Assembly: GCA_016188355.1 (NCBI GenBank)
Contig: JACPHY010000011.1
Span: 23,219-87,218 of the forward strand
Length of the DNA stretch: 64,000 nucleotides
From: Candidatus Uhrbacteria bacterium
GTDB lineage: Bacteria > Patescibacteriota > Patescibacteriia > JACPHY01
Reading direction: 5' to 3'
Part shown: piece by piece, positions 9,095 through 18,446 of the stretch
How positions within the stretch are numbered: position 1 is the first letter of the stretch
How the letters are laid out: each line of letters begins with the position of its first letter
Program-made: the position numbers and the translations under genes
The notes under the pieces: model-generated
The model's database searches: none
Told to the model about the DNA's origin: nothing
What the model saw: the letters and a program-made list of their open reading frames with translations, nothing else

Positions 9095-11062
9095 TTACGG
9101 TGTGGGCGGCGGAGCCGCTGCATCGGGACTAGGTGCCGTGACTGGGGTCGGAATTCCCGCGTCATTGGGTGCGGAGGGAGGTGCGGATCCATCGGTCGGG
9201 GGAGTGGCATCGGGCGCTTTCCCTACGAGGCATACCGCCTGCCACGGGCGATAGTGGCTATTAAAGACGCGTTCCGTCTTTGTGCCGTCCGCGGCGGTCA
9301 CCGTGTACGTGAATCGTGCGTCGACGCCGGTATGCGCCTTCTCGGTGCATTTCTTTTCTCCGGGTTTGAGATCTTCGGTTTCGATGGTTTTCATGGGCGG
9401 AGGTTCTCGGAAATTGAATACCTCCGGCTCTGAAGAGGTGGCCGTACGGCCATCATTCGTTCCCCAGAATTCGTACTCGAGCGTGGTGCCGACGACGCGG
9501 GTGAGGAGGAGGAGATGGGCACCAGTATCATTCACGAATTTGAAGTCCGGTTTTGGTCCGTAGATGGTTGCATCCATCCCGACGGGTGGTTCGTAGTAGG
9601 AGACACGGTACGCATGATTCGACCGTTCGGTGACGGGGAGTCCGGCATTGAGAACGGTGCGGAAGAGGGTAGTGGAGACCTGGCAGAGTCCACCTCCGAA
9701 TTCCGGCGTGGTGCGATTTCCTTTGATGACGAGCTCGGGTTTGTAGCCGCGCGTGTCATCGAATGGAGAGAGTGCGCCCACGGTGGAGAATTCTTCTCCG
9801 GGAGCGATCAGGAGGCCATTGAGGAGGTCGGCACCGACGCGAATATTATGTTTGCGATTCACGGGACTCCCTTTGAAGCTCGTGCTGCCGAAACCGAGGC
9901 GTTCACGGATGCCGAGATCGTTCGTGTCACCGAGCGTGATGGTGGGTGCGGTGGTTTTTGTGGGGAGGGGAATGGTGGGTTCACCGTGCTCGAATAATGC
10001 GGCGGTGATGCGGTGGGTGAGCTCATCCCGGTCAATGGCGAGTCCCTCACGGGGAGACTGGAATTCTCGAACGCGTCGGGTCGTGGGATCAATGGCGAGG
10101 CGTGCGTTTTCTGCGGGGCGCTCGATCGCACTTGTAATGGGTGCGAGGAAGCGATCGAGCGCTTCCATCTGGAATGCGGGTTGTGGTTGCGGCGACACAA
10201 GCACGCTGAGCCAGCTCGCCACCGTTTCACTCTCCGCGGTCCACTGTTGCTTCTCATGGGTGAAGGTGAGCGGGGCGCGGGCGAGCGCGGCATTGAGTTG
10301 CGGCAGGATGCGCTCGATGTCGTTTGCGGTAATCGTGGGTTCTTGGGTGCGAGTGGTGAGTACGATGGGTTGGGTACTCAGGGTGACCATGCGGCGCGTG
10401 GTGATGGCGGGTACATCGGTCACGAGTTGGTATCCCGAGCGACCCGGAATGACGCGCCAGGTTGCGGTCCCATCCATGGCGGTGCGCACGAGGCGAGGAT
10501 TTTGGGGTGGCGCAAGTTCCTGCGCGAAATTCTCATGAATCGTTTTGTTTAGCTGCACTGCATCCACATGAGCGGTCATGGGCACGGTTCGGTTGCGACC
10601 AAAAATACCACGGATGCGCGCGGTCCATTGAGGGACGAGGTGCGTCTCCCGCCCGACGGCAAATGCGTCATCGACGAGCTCAGGAACATCGACATCAACC
10701 AGCGTATAGGAGAGGTCGGGGTCGTTGGGAGCGGAGATGGTGGGATTGATCGTGATGGATCGACCGTTGAGGGTGTAGGTAAATCCTGCAGCGAGTCGCG
10801 TGTCTACGACTTGCCGCATGCGCGCGATGGCGGCGTCCCGCGAGAGGCCGCTCACATCTACTGGACCAATGTGCACGCCCGAGAAGATGCGATCTCGGTA
10901 CGCGCGATCATACACAATAGCGCCTACTCCCATCGCGCAGATGAGGAAGAGCACGAGCGCGGCGGCTATGGACCAGCCGAGGGTGGATGCGATGCGGAAG
11001 CGGGACCAATCGACGGACATACCTTCAGATGGCACATCGTTATTCCGTGCTGAGAAGTTCAT
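9095..11062 (-). CDS. VanW-family protein with N-terminal TM anchor and C-terminal Pro/Ala-rich tail
   Basis: VanW signature region ...TPEFGGGLCQVSTTLFRTVLNAGLPVTERSNHAY..., an N-terminal TM helix, and peptidoglycan-binding-like repeats. Confidence 0.75.
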   Translation of the reverse strand: MNFSARNNDVPSEGMSVDWSRFRIASTLGWSIAAALVLFLICAMGVGAIVYDRAYRDRIFSGVHIGPVDVSGLSRDAAIARMRQVVDTRLAAGFTYTLNGRSITINPTISAPNDPDLSYTLVDVDVPELVDDAFAVGRETHLVPQWTARIRGIFGRNRTVPMTAHVDAVQLNKTIHENFAQELAPPQNPRLVRTAMDGTATWRVIPGRSGYQLVTDVPAITTRRMVTLSTQPIVLTTRTQEPTITANDIERILPQLNAALARAPLTFTHEKQQWTAESETVASWLSVLVSPQPQPAFQMEALDRFLAPITSAIERPAENARLAIDPTTRRVREFQSPREGLAIDRDELTHRITAALFEHGEPTIPLPTKTTAPTITLGDTNDLGIRERLGFGSTSFKGSPVNRKHNIRVGADLLNGLLIAPGEEFSTVGALSPFDDTRGYKPELVIKGNRTTPEFGGGLCQVSTTLFRTVLNAGLPVTERSNHAYRVSYYEPPVGMDATIYGPKPDFKFVNDTGAHLLLLTRVVGTTLEYEFWGTNDGRTATSSEPEVFNFREPPPMKTIETEDLKPGEKKCTEKAHTGVDARFTYTVTAADGTKTERVFNSHYRPWQAVCLVGKAPDATPPTDGSAPPSAPNDAGIPTPVTAPSPDAAAPPPTP

Positions 11063-11243
11063 TCAGGATTGCGCGTGCCTGCGTGTTCGGCGCGGCGGAG
11101 TCCGATGCAAAATGCGCGAAAAGAACATCGCCCAGGTGGAGGGGGGACGGGAGTTCATTCGTCGGTACACGAATCAATTCTCCGTGCTCGGTTCGGAGCG
11201 CGGCAGTATGTTCGGGATCGAGTTGTTCGACGGTGCAGCGCAT
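11040..11243 (-). CDS. small protein, DUF3006-like
   Basis: 67-aa ORF with a pattern reminiscent of DUF3006 (ELIRVPTNELPSPLHLGDVL). It overlaps the VanW start by about 20 nt. Confidence 0.35.
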   Translation of the reverse strand: MRCTVEQLDPEHTAALRTEHGELIRVPTNELPSPLHLGDVLFAHFASDSAAPNTQARAILNELLSTE

Positions 11244-11249
11244 GGGGGA

Positions 11250-11729
11250 TTATCCAAGTATGGTGGTGCTGTCCGCTGGTGTGGCGTCCGTAATGGTGAT
11301 CACTGTTTGTTCGACTAGCTTCGGGAGACGAATTGTGAGAATGCCGTACGAGAGGTCCGCGGTCGCGTGTGGAACGTCCACGGGTTCGGGGAGGAGCATG
11401 GATCGAGAGAATCGTCCCCAGTAGCATTCACGGGTGAGATACGATGCGTCCGCGTCCGGCGTGTTCGGCCGGCGTTCGCCGCGAATGGTGAGGAGGTCGC
11501 GATGGATGGCGATGGAGAGATCGTTTGGTCGTACGCCGCCCATGGCCGTTTGGATCACGAACGCCTCCGTGGTCTCGTATACGTCTACCGCGAGCTCGCC
11601 TTCACTGGCCTCCTCGAACCATTGTGCCGGTTCCTGGACAGGAATGGTGAGTGACTCCGGATTGAGCACGGTGGCGGGGAAAGACGGGAATGTGAATGGT
11701 GAAGTCCCCATAGTACCGTATGCCGGCAT
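11250..11729 (-). CDS. Hsp20/alpha-crystallin family small heat-shock protein
   Basis: Alpha-crystallin domain pattern: LAVDVYETTEAFVIQTAMGGVRPNDLSIAIHRDLLTIRGERR...FSRSMLLPEPVD...GILTIRLPK. Confidence 0.8.
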   Translation of the reverse strand: MPAYGTMGTSPFTFPSFPATVLNPESLTIPVQEPAQWFEEASEGELAVDVYETTEAFVIQTAMGGVRPNDLSIAIHRDLLTIRGERRPNTPDADASYLTRECYWGRFSRSMLLPEPVDVPHATADLSYGILTIRLPKLVEQTVITITDATPADSTTILG

Positions 11730-11927
11730 GCCCGGCCGATGGGAATCGGCGTCCGTCGGGCACCATCATCCTACTTGTTCATAGTACCGGTTTTTGGGCA
11801 ACCGCGAAATCGGAGGCCATTTCGCTCGCCGGTCATGGCGTTGACGAGCGTGGGCGGAGCGCGTATGGTGGTGACGGTTCTTTTGTTTTTCCAATCCGGA
11901 ACGGTAATCGGCGTCGGAGGATGAGTA

Positions 11928-14297
11928 ATGCACATGGAATTGGGACTGCGACAGGTGCTTCGCCAGGAGATTCGGCTCGAGCAGTCGCTCCAGCTTTCGC
12001 TCCGCATGATCGAGCAGTTGGCGACCGATACGGAACGCGAAATCCAGGCGGAGGGGCGGCTCCTGGATGCGATGCTCCGCGATTGCGATCGTGGAACGTA
12101 TGCCTCGGTCGAGGACTTCGTGGACCGCGTGGGGAAGCGGGTGCGCAAGAAGGATCGTACCGATCGGACGCGGTGCCTCGTGGCACAGATCCGTCAGGCC
12201 GTGGCATTGCTCGCGTGTCCCGATCTCGCAGCGGTGCGTGAGCTCGTGCAGTACGGGCGTGACGGAGTGCATTGCTGGATGATGGATCCGATCGTGTGCT
12301 ACGCGCAGCTCCTCACGGTATGGGAGAGTGCGTCGTGCGCCACCATTGATCTGCGTCGCGTGAGTCTCGATGTTCTCTGTGGGCAGCAGCGGAATGCGCA
12401 AGGATCGCCCGCGGTACTTGATTTCCTGGTGGACTGCACAGCGGATGCGCGCTGCACCGCATCGCTCTTCACGATGATCAGTGCGGCGCTGCACCGGTCC
12501 GCGCCGCGTGTGGTGACCGCGTATGCGCACCATCTCCTTGCGGTGTTGCCGGTGGGATCGTGCACGGAGTTGCAGTGCGCGAACGCACTCGAGCTTCTCG
12601 CCGCGTACGATCACTACCTCGGACACGGTGGCGTGCGCGGCTGGCCCACCGATGCATTGCGTGCGTATGTTGCGGGCTGTCCTGATGCCGAAGCGACATC
12701 CGCCACGTCATCCATTCCGCCGCTCGTCCGCGCGCTGTTGCCCTCGGGGACATCCGATGCGGTGATGGAGCGGCTCGCGGCGCGGTTCGGGGAGCCGGCG
12801 CTGCGTGACGCGACGGATGCGGTGCGACATGTGCTCCGCGCGCTACAGTGGCTGCGCGGTGTGCCGATGGGAGGCAAGTATCTCGCGCACGCGGTCATGG
12901 TGACGGAGCATGCGAAGGCATTCCTCCGGGTGATCCAGGCGATCAACTGGGCAGCGTGGTCGAGTGGACGCGGAGAGGAGTGCACCTATCCGCTCGATGC
13001 GCGTACGGCGGAGGAGGTAGTGCTGCGCTTGCGGAATCACCAGCTCGACGTGACGCTTGGACAGCTTCCCCTTCGACCGGAGTATCGTGAGCGGTTCACG
13101 GATGCTGCAATGCAGATGCCGCCGAAGGTGCTCGAGATCGTGCTCCGGTTGACGAGTGTCTACTCGACACACGCGAAGGATGCGTTGCCAGTCCTCGCAC
13201 GGATCGTCGAAGCGATCATGGATGGCGAATTTTCTGCGTGGCGGTATGCACATGACGCGGCATCGGTGCAGCTCAAGGCGATCAAGGCGCATCCGGAATG
13301 GCAGCAGCGCACGATCGCGTACCGGATGCTCGGGGACGCTGAACGGTGCACCGAAACGCTTCGTGCGGTGGCGCTCCTGCAGCCGGTTGCGGCCGCGGCG
13401 TTTGTGCGTGAGTATCACACCGTGTGGAGTCCTGATCTCGGGAGTAAGCTCGAGGAGCAGATTCTTGCCATCGAGGAGCAGTTTCGCGACGGGAGAGGGT
13501 CGTCGGGGGACCGCCGTGCGCTCGCGGAGCAGGCGAAACGCCTCCGCACGATGTATCGGGCGGCGCGGTGTATCGAGCTTTTCGTGTTGGAGCCCGCGAC
13601 GATTGACCACGCACGATCAGTGTGGCGTGAGTTCCTCGGGCAGCCATGGGCTGTGCCGTTCCACGACTGCTGCGCGCAAGCGATTGCGATCCTCGATCAG
13701 CCGGAACTCCGCGCGATGCAATGTGTGACGGTGACGGAGACCGATGATCTCCTCGATCTCCTGCAGGTGGGAGTGATGCCGACGCTCACCTGCCAGCGGT
13801 GGACCGAGCACACGTCGTACAACCACTGCCTGCTCGCGTACGTTGCGGATCCAAACAAGAAGCTCTGGCAGCTCACCTCGCGGAATGGTGAGGTGATCGG
13901 TCGCGTGGTGGTACGGTTGCTCCCCTTCAAACGGAGCGCGCTGCTCCTCATGGAGCCTCCGTACAGTATGCGTTGGTCGGACGACCATACCCGCGTGCTG
14001 CTCGGGGAGGTGCTCCGGAAAGCCGCACGATTGGCGAAAGCGGTAGGCAAGCCGATCGCGGTGGGTTATGTTGGTGTGCGTCGGTGGGGAGAGTGGGGGA
14101 AGATGTTCGAGGAGCTGGCGAAGGGAGTTGAGGTGAAGCCGGTCACCGCGAACTTCCAGCCGAAGCTCCCGGAGAGCTTCAACATTGCGGAGTACTCGGA
14201 TTCGCTGGGCGGATGTCTCCCGCGTGGACACGTGTTGCCGCACGTCGCGCGGCTGACCTATCTCCTGGTGAGTCCGGAGAGGGAGGCGGTGGAGTAG
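11928..14297 (+). CDS. large hypothetical protein (789 aa)
   Basis: Long uninterrupted ORF, alpha-helical and Leu/Ala/Arg-rich, with no recognised motifs. Followed by a terminator. Confidence 0.6.
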   Translation: MHMELGLRQVLRQEIRLEQSLQLSLRMIEQLATDTEREIQAEGRLLDAMLRDCDRGTYASVEDFVDRVGKRVRKKDRTDRTRCLVAQIRQAVALLACPDLAAVRELVQYGRDGVHCWMMDPIVCYAQLLTVWESASCATIDLRRVSLDVLCGQQRNAQGSPAVLDFLVDCTADARCTASLFTMISAALHRSAPRVVTAYAHHLLAVLPVGSCTELQCANALELLAAYDHYLGHGGVRGWPTDALRAYVAGCPDAEATSATSSIPPLVRALLPSGTSDAVMERLAARFGEPALRDATDAVRHVLRALQWLRGVPMGGKYLAHAVMVTEHAKAFLRVIQAINWAAWSSGRGEECTYPLDARTAEEVVLRLRNHQLDVTLGQLPLRPEYRERFTDAAMQMPPKVLEIVLRLTSVYSTHAKDALPVLARIVEAIMDGEFSAWRYAHDAASVQLKAIKAHPEWQQRTIAYRMLGDAERCTETLRAVALLQPVAAAAFVREYHTVWSPDLGSKLEEQILAIEEQFRDGRGSSGDRRALAEQAKRLRTMYRAARCIELFVLEPATIDHARSVWREFLGQPWAVPFHDCCAQAIAILDQPELRAMQCVTVTETDDLLDLLQVGVMPTLTCQRWTEHTSYNHCLLAYVADPNKKLWQLTSRNGEVIGRVVVRLLPFKRSALLLMEPPYSMRWSDDHTRVLLGEVLRKAARLAKAVGKPIAVGYVGVRRWGEWGKMFEELAKGVEVKPVTANFQPKLPESFNIAEYSDSLGGCLPRGHVLPHVARLTYLLVSPEREAVE

Positions 14298-14306
14298 CGG
14301 CGTTGC

Positions 14307-14340
14307 TGCTGGCGGGCCTTTGCGGGCCCGCCTTTTTTGT
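14307..14340 (+). terminator. rho-independent terminator of the 789-aa gene
   Basis: ggcgggcc-tttgc-gggcccgcc hairpin followed by TTTTTTGTT. Confidence 0.75.
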
Positions 14341-14366
14341 TGTGGCGATCAGCCGTTGTCCCAAAC

Positions 14367-14398
14367 AAATGAGATTCCTCGCGCGAGGAATCTCATTT
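14367..14398 (-). terminator. terminator hairpin for the minus-strand tRNA-Glu + trailer transcript
   Basis: Perfect 13-bp stem aaatgagattcctc-gcgc-gaggaatctcattt followed on the minus strand by TTTGTTTGGG. Confidence 0.6.
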
Positions 14399-14399
14399 G

Positions 14400-14587
14400 G
14401 TATTGCTTGTGGACTCCATCCGAACCCGAGCGCAGCGACCGGAGTATGTGGGGAAGAAGGACTTGCCCCGCGAAGCTCCGCAAGGAGCGAAGTGGGGGCT
14501 TTGCCCGACCCCACATACGGAGGGAGCAAGCGACTTGGTTGGAGGGAAGGGGGTACGGGAGGGAAACCGGGAGGTTTCCCCACGATC
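14400..14587 (-). ncRNA. conserved tRNA 3'-trailer element (copy 1 of 3), co-oriented with tRNA-Glu
   Basis: Shares boxes GTCGCTTGCTCCCTCCGTATGTGGGGTCGGGCAAAGCCC, CCTCACATACTCCGGTCGCTGCGCTCGG and CCCCCACTTCGCTCCTTGCGGAGCTTCGCGGGGCAAG with elements after tRNA-Lys and tRNA-Arg. Internal 10-bp hairpin gtatgtgggg / ccccacatac. Confidence 0.5.
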
Positions 14588-14665
14588 TGGTAGCCCCAAC
14601 GGGATTTGAACCCGTGTCCCCGCCTTGAAGGGGCGGTGTCCTAGACCAGGCTAGACGATGGGGCC
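14588..14665 (-). tRNA. tRNA-Glu (anticodon TTC), CCA encoded
   Basis: The reverse complement GGCCCCATCGTCTAGCCTGGTCTAGGACACCGCCCCTTCAAGGCGGGGACACGGGTTCAAATCCCGTTGGGGCTACCA folds as a cloverleaf with a 7-bp acceptor stem, CCGCC/GGCGG anticodon stem, loop CCTTCAA and a GGTTCAAATCC T-arm. Close to E. coli tRNA-Glu. Confidence 0.85.
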
Positions 14666-14777
14666 AAGACAAACATGGGGGAGAACCCTTGATGCGCAGA
14701 AGGGTTCTCCCCCATGGGCCCCCTCTCCATTGGAGCTTCGGTTCGCGGAGTGAATCCGTCGAACCTCAGCGGTCATT

Positions 14778-16043
14778 TTGTATTCGGCACAATGCGGCCA
14801 CACTGCCTTTCGGCGGCATGGGGTGATGGTAGCATGGATTGGTATGCTACGGAAGCGTGTGCTCCAGGTGCTCGGAATTGAGTCATCATGTGACGAAACT
14901 GCCGCAGCGGTAGTGGCGGTCCAGCGTGCGGACGTTGGCCGATCGTTGCAGTTCGGATTTTCGGTGTCGGCGAGCGTTATTGCCTCGCAGGTGGCGATGC
15001 ATGCGAAAACGGGCGGGGTAGTGCCCGAAGTTGCTGCTCGGGAGCATGTCCTGCAGATTATCCCGGTCATTGAGCGTGCGTTGCGCGATGCGTATCCATC
15101 CTGGCGTCCGCCGAAGCACCACGGCAAGCGAACGAAGAGTGCGCGAATGTTCGCGGGACCGCCGATCGATGCGATCGCCGTGACGGCGGGACCAGGACTC
15201 ATTACCGCACTCGGGGTTGGAGTGGAAACAGCACGTGCATTGACGTATGTCTGGCGGAAGCCATTGATTGCAGTGAATCATATCGAGGGGCACGTACTTT
15301 CTGCGCTCCTTGAGCAAGCGGCAAGCGGCAAGCGGCAAGCTTCAAGTCATGCAGGTCCGGAGAATCGGTCGGCTTCGTCTGAGCCTGCGGCTCGCAGCTT
15401 GTCGCTGGTTTTCCCTGCTGTCGCTCTCATTGTGTCGGGTGGCCACACCGAACTCCTGCTCCTGCGGCGGTGGGGTGCGTACCGGTGCGTTGGTGCGACG
15501 CGGGACGATGCGGCGGGGGAGGCATTTGATAAGGTCGCAAAGCTCCTTGGGTTGGAATATCCGGGTGGACCAGCGGTTGCGCGACGTGCGGTGGAAGGTG
15601 ATGTGCAGGCGATTGATTTTCCGCGCGGCATGATTGCTTCGGGGGATTTTGATTTCAGTTTTTCGGGGATGAAAACCGCGGTGCGCATGTGCGTGGAGCG
15701 CGCAACGCATCCCGCTGATCCGAAATTCGTTTCGGATGTATGCGCGTCGTTTCAGCAGGCGGCGGTCGATGTGCTGGTTGCCAAAACAATCACTGCGGTG
15801 ACGAAGTATCGCGCGCGCACCGTATTGCTAGGTGGTGGTGTTGCCGCGAATCGTGCATTGCGCGAGCAGTTGGCTACTGCATTGGCCCTGCATCCGGACG
15901 TTGCGCTGCACCTGCCGCCACTGGCATACTCCGGTGATAATGCTGCCATGATTGCCGCAGCGGGTGGCGTGCGTCTGCATCTCGGCAAGCGCACACCATG
16001 GCAGGAGATTGCCGTGGATCCGAATTGGGAGTTGGGAAGATAG
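14778..16043 (+). CDS. tsaD: tRNA N6-adenosine threonylcarbamoyltransferase TsaD (Kae1/YgjD family)
   Basis: LGIESSCDETAAAV..., ...GGVAANRALRE..., and an HxxH metal-site context. Contains a low-complexity insertion (AASGKRQASS...). The true start is probably the internal MLRKRVLQVLGIESS. Confidence 0.85.
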   Translation: MYSAQCGHTAFRRHGVMVAWIGMLRKRVLQVLGIESSCDETAAAVVAVQRADVGRSLQFGFSVSASVIASQVAMHAKTGGVVPEVAAREHVLQIIPVIERALRDAYPSWRPPKHHGKRTKSARMFAGPPIDAIAVTAGPGLITALGVGVETARALTYVWRKPLIAVNHIEGHVLSALLEQAASGKRQASSHAGPENRSASSEPAARSLSLVFPAVALIVSGGHTELLLLRRWGAYRCVGATRDDAAGEAFDKVAKLLGLEYPGGPAVARRAVEGDVQAIDFPRGMIASGDFDFSFSGMKTAVRMCVERATHPADPKFVSDVCASFQQAAVDVLVAKTITAVTKYRARTVLLGGGVAANRALREQLATALALHPDVALHLPPLAYSGDNAAMIAAAGGVRLHLGKRTPWQEIAVDPNWELGR

Positions 16044-16080
16044 AAGAATCACCGCATCCGTGGGGATGCGGTGATTGGGG

Positions 16081-16683
16081 CTATCGTCGTTTGCGCTTGT
16101 TCGTCCTAATGCAGCTGGCCATGCGACCGTAGAGCACTCGTGCGGCGTGTGCAGCAATGTTTGCTCCGCCGATGATGTGATGGTTCTCGTTGAGCGTTTC
16201 CGGGAGGTATTCTGCACCGATCGTTTCCCGGAGTGATCCGTAGCGCGCGGTATCCTTGCAGAAGAGATGGATATCGAGCCGCCATGGTTTTCGGTACATG
16301 CCCTGGACTGCAAGGTGGCCGTGCGCGCGCGTCTCCTTATCGTCTTCGTCCGCAATGACGAGCCGCATCTCGAATCGCGCGGTGGGCCGCGGTGCATCGG
16401 TGAGTTGGAGGCTCAGGCGCAGTGTTTGGACCCCCGTCCCGTAATAATGATCGAAAAAGAGGAGGTCGTGCGGGCGGTCGTAACTGCGGCCTGACCAGTC
16501 GATACCGTTCGGCGTGTACCTCGGTATGAGCTTATATTGTTGTGCGAGGAGTTCCGCGCATTCCCAGTTGCGTCGTTGCGCCCAGGCGAGCGCCCGTGGA
16601 GTCTGCGCGTGGATGATGCGTGCCGCAGTAGGGAGATTGTTCGTGATCTCCTGAATCGCGTGGAACCAGCTGATCATGTGATG
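16081..16683 (-). CDS. hypothetical protein (about 200 aa)
   Basis: ORF divergent from alr; MISWFHAIQEITNN... The upstream in-frame extension is probably not translated. Confidence 0.4.
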   Translation of the reverse strand, partial: HHMISWFHAIQEITNNLPTAARIIHAQTPRALAWAQRRNWECAELLAQQYKLIPRYTPNGIDWSGRSYDRPHDLLFFDHYYGTGVQTLRLSLQLTDAPRPTARFEMRLVIADEDDKETRAHGHLAVQGMYRKPWRLDIHLFCKDTARYGSLRETIGAEYLPETLNENHHIIGGANIAAHAARVLYGRMASCIRTNKRKRR

Positions 16684-16735
16684 GGTTCTCCTGTGTGCAT
16701 GGGAAGGAGCTCGAGCGAACACGCTACGATAGCAG

Positions 16736-17947
16736 ATGATGATGTGTATGTCCATTACGTCCACTGGTACGCGAAGTTGGGTAGAGGTATCTGCGCGCGC
16801 GTTGCGGCATAATGTGGCTGCGCTACGAGCCATGATCGGCAGCGAGCGCGTACTTTGTGTGGTGGTGAAGGCGAATGCGTATGGGCACGGGATGATCGAG
16901 GTGGCGCGTGTGATCAGCGAGGAGCGGGCGTTTTCTGGTCGGGGACCTGTCCCGCGAAGCGTCGATGCCGATCGACGCGAAGTGGGATGGTTCGGGGTGG
17001 ATAGTCTTCCCGAGGCGCTCGCGATTCGCGCGGTGGGCATTGAGACACCGATGATCATTTTAGGATATGTGCCGATCACGGATGCGCGCGCTGCGGTGCG
17101 TGCGCGGGTGCGGGTTACCGTTGCGGAACCGGCAACGATGCGCGCGTTGTCCGCGGTGGCGGGTCGGCGTGTAGTGCGGGTGCATGTGAAACTCGAGACG
17201 GGAACGCAACGTCAGGGTGTTGCTCCGGAGGCGCTGCCGGCATTTCTGCGGATCGTGCGTCGACTGCCCGGCATATGGGTAGAGGGCGTATCGACGCATC
17301 TCGCCGATGTCGAGGATACCGGTCCGGATGGATTCGCTGCCGTGCAGCTTGCGGCGTTTGATCGTGCGGCCGCGATCGCGGAGCAGATGTGCGGGCGTCG
17401 ATTGCTGCGACATGCGTCTGCGACTGCGGCAACGATGTTACTTGCGGAGGGACGGCATGATTTCGTGCGACCGGGCATCGGTTGTTATGGTCTTTGGCCA
17501 TCTGATCGGACACGTGCCGTGATGGAGCGCCGCGATCCTTCGGCGCGTCTGTTCCCGGTACTCAAATGGAAAACGATGGTGGGTCCTCTGCATGAGGTGC
17601 CCACGGGGGCACCGATCGGCTACGGATGCACGGAACGTGTATCACGACGCACGCGGATCGCGGTACTTCCCGTGGGTTATTGGGATGGGTATGATCGGAA
17701 GCTCTCGAGTACCGGGGAAGTCCTCATCCGTGGTCGTCGGTGCAAGGTGCTCGGCCGCATTTGCATGAATATGTGCATGGTTGATGTGACCGACGTGCCG
17801 CGCGTGCGACTGGAGGATGAGGTGGTGCTCCTTGGGAAGCAGGGTCGTGCGGAGGTCACCGCGGAGGAGCTGGCGGGAAAGGTTGGCACGATCAATTACG
17901 AGGTGGTGACTCGGATCAATCCGTTGTTGCCGCGGCGAGTGGTATGA
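16736..17947 (+). CDS. alr: alanine racemase
   Basis: PLP-binding motif VVVKANAYGHG near the N-terminus, a C-terminal beta-domain, and length about 400 aa. Confidence 0.9.
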   Translation: MMMCMSITSTGTRSWVEVSARALRHNVAALRAMIGSERVLCVVVKANAYGHGMIEVARVISEERAFSGRGPVPRSVDADRREVGWFGVDSLPEALAIRAVGIETPMIILGYVPITDARAAVRARVRVTVAEPATMRALSAVAGRRVVRVHVKLETGTQRQGVAPEALPAFLRIVRRLPGIWVEGVSTHLADVEDTGPDGFAAVQLAAFDRAAAIAEQMCGRRLLRHASATAATMLLAEGRHDFVRPGIGCYGLWPSDRTRAVMERRDPSARLFPVLKWKTMVGPLHEVPTGAPIGYGCTERVSRRTRIAVLPVGYWDGYDRKLSSTGEVLIRGRRCKVLGRICMNMCMVDVTDVPRVRLEDEVVLLGKQGRAEVTAEELAGKVGTINYEVVTRINPLLPRRVV

Positions 17948-18393
17948 GGAAAAGCGACAAGCGTGAAGAGTGGGCGAGTCGTTCTGAGGGGGAAACGACG
18001 CGCATAGCCACGCGCATGGCGCGTACCCTGCGTGGCGGCGAGGCAATCCTCTTGGATGGGGAATTGGGGGCGGGGAAGTCGGTGTTCGTGCGCGGCCTCG
18101 CGCAGGGATTGGGGATTCGTGCGCGCGTGACGAGTCCTACGTTTGTGCTGATGCGAGTCTACGAAACGACGCGCACATGCCCGCGTTTTTTGGTGCATGT
18201 GGATGCGTATCGGGTTCGGAATGCTGAGGAGTTGGTGGCTATTGGGCTGATGGAGTGGACTGGAAGACCGGACTCGGTGGTGGCGATCGAGTGGGGCGAG
18301 CGAGTCGCGGAGATTGCGCACGCGGCGACCAGAATCATTCGTGTGCGTTTGACGAATGTCGATGCCGCGCAGCGCATGATCACGCTTGATTGA
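17944..18393 (+). CDS. tsaE: tRNA threonylcarbamoyladenosine biosynthesis protein TsaE (YjeE)
   Basis: P-loop GELGAGKSVFVRGLAQGLGI and the motif VTSPTFVLMRVYE. Overlaps the alr stop by 4 nt. Confidence 0.85.
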   Translation: MRKSDKREEWASRSEGETTRIATRMARTLRGGEAILLDGELGAGKSVFVRGLAQGLGIRARVTSPTFVLMRVYETTRTCPRFLVHVDAYRVRNAEELVAIGLMEWTGRPDSVVAIEWGERVAEIAHAATRIIRVRLTNVDAAQRMITLD

Positions 18394-18446
18394 GATGCGC
18401 TCCTATCGATAACAAAAAGCGACGTCCGGGAAGGGACGTCGATCAT

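Noticed and set aside
14349-14672. Small ORFs translating the tRNA trailer elements (14349..14672 -, 14179..14583 -, 38430..38762 +), which share peptides such as LLPHILRSLRS and LPPYVGSGKA.
   Set aside because: The shared peptides reflect the repeated nucleotide element. The ORFs overlap tRNA genes and terminators, and the conservation pattern is nucleotide-level with hairpins, not codon-level.
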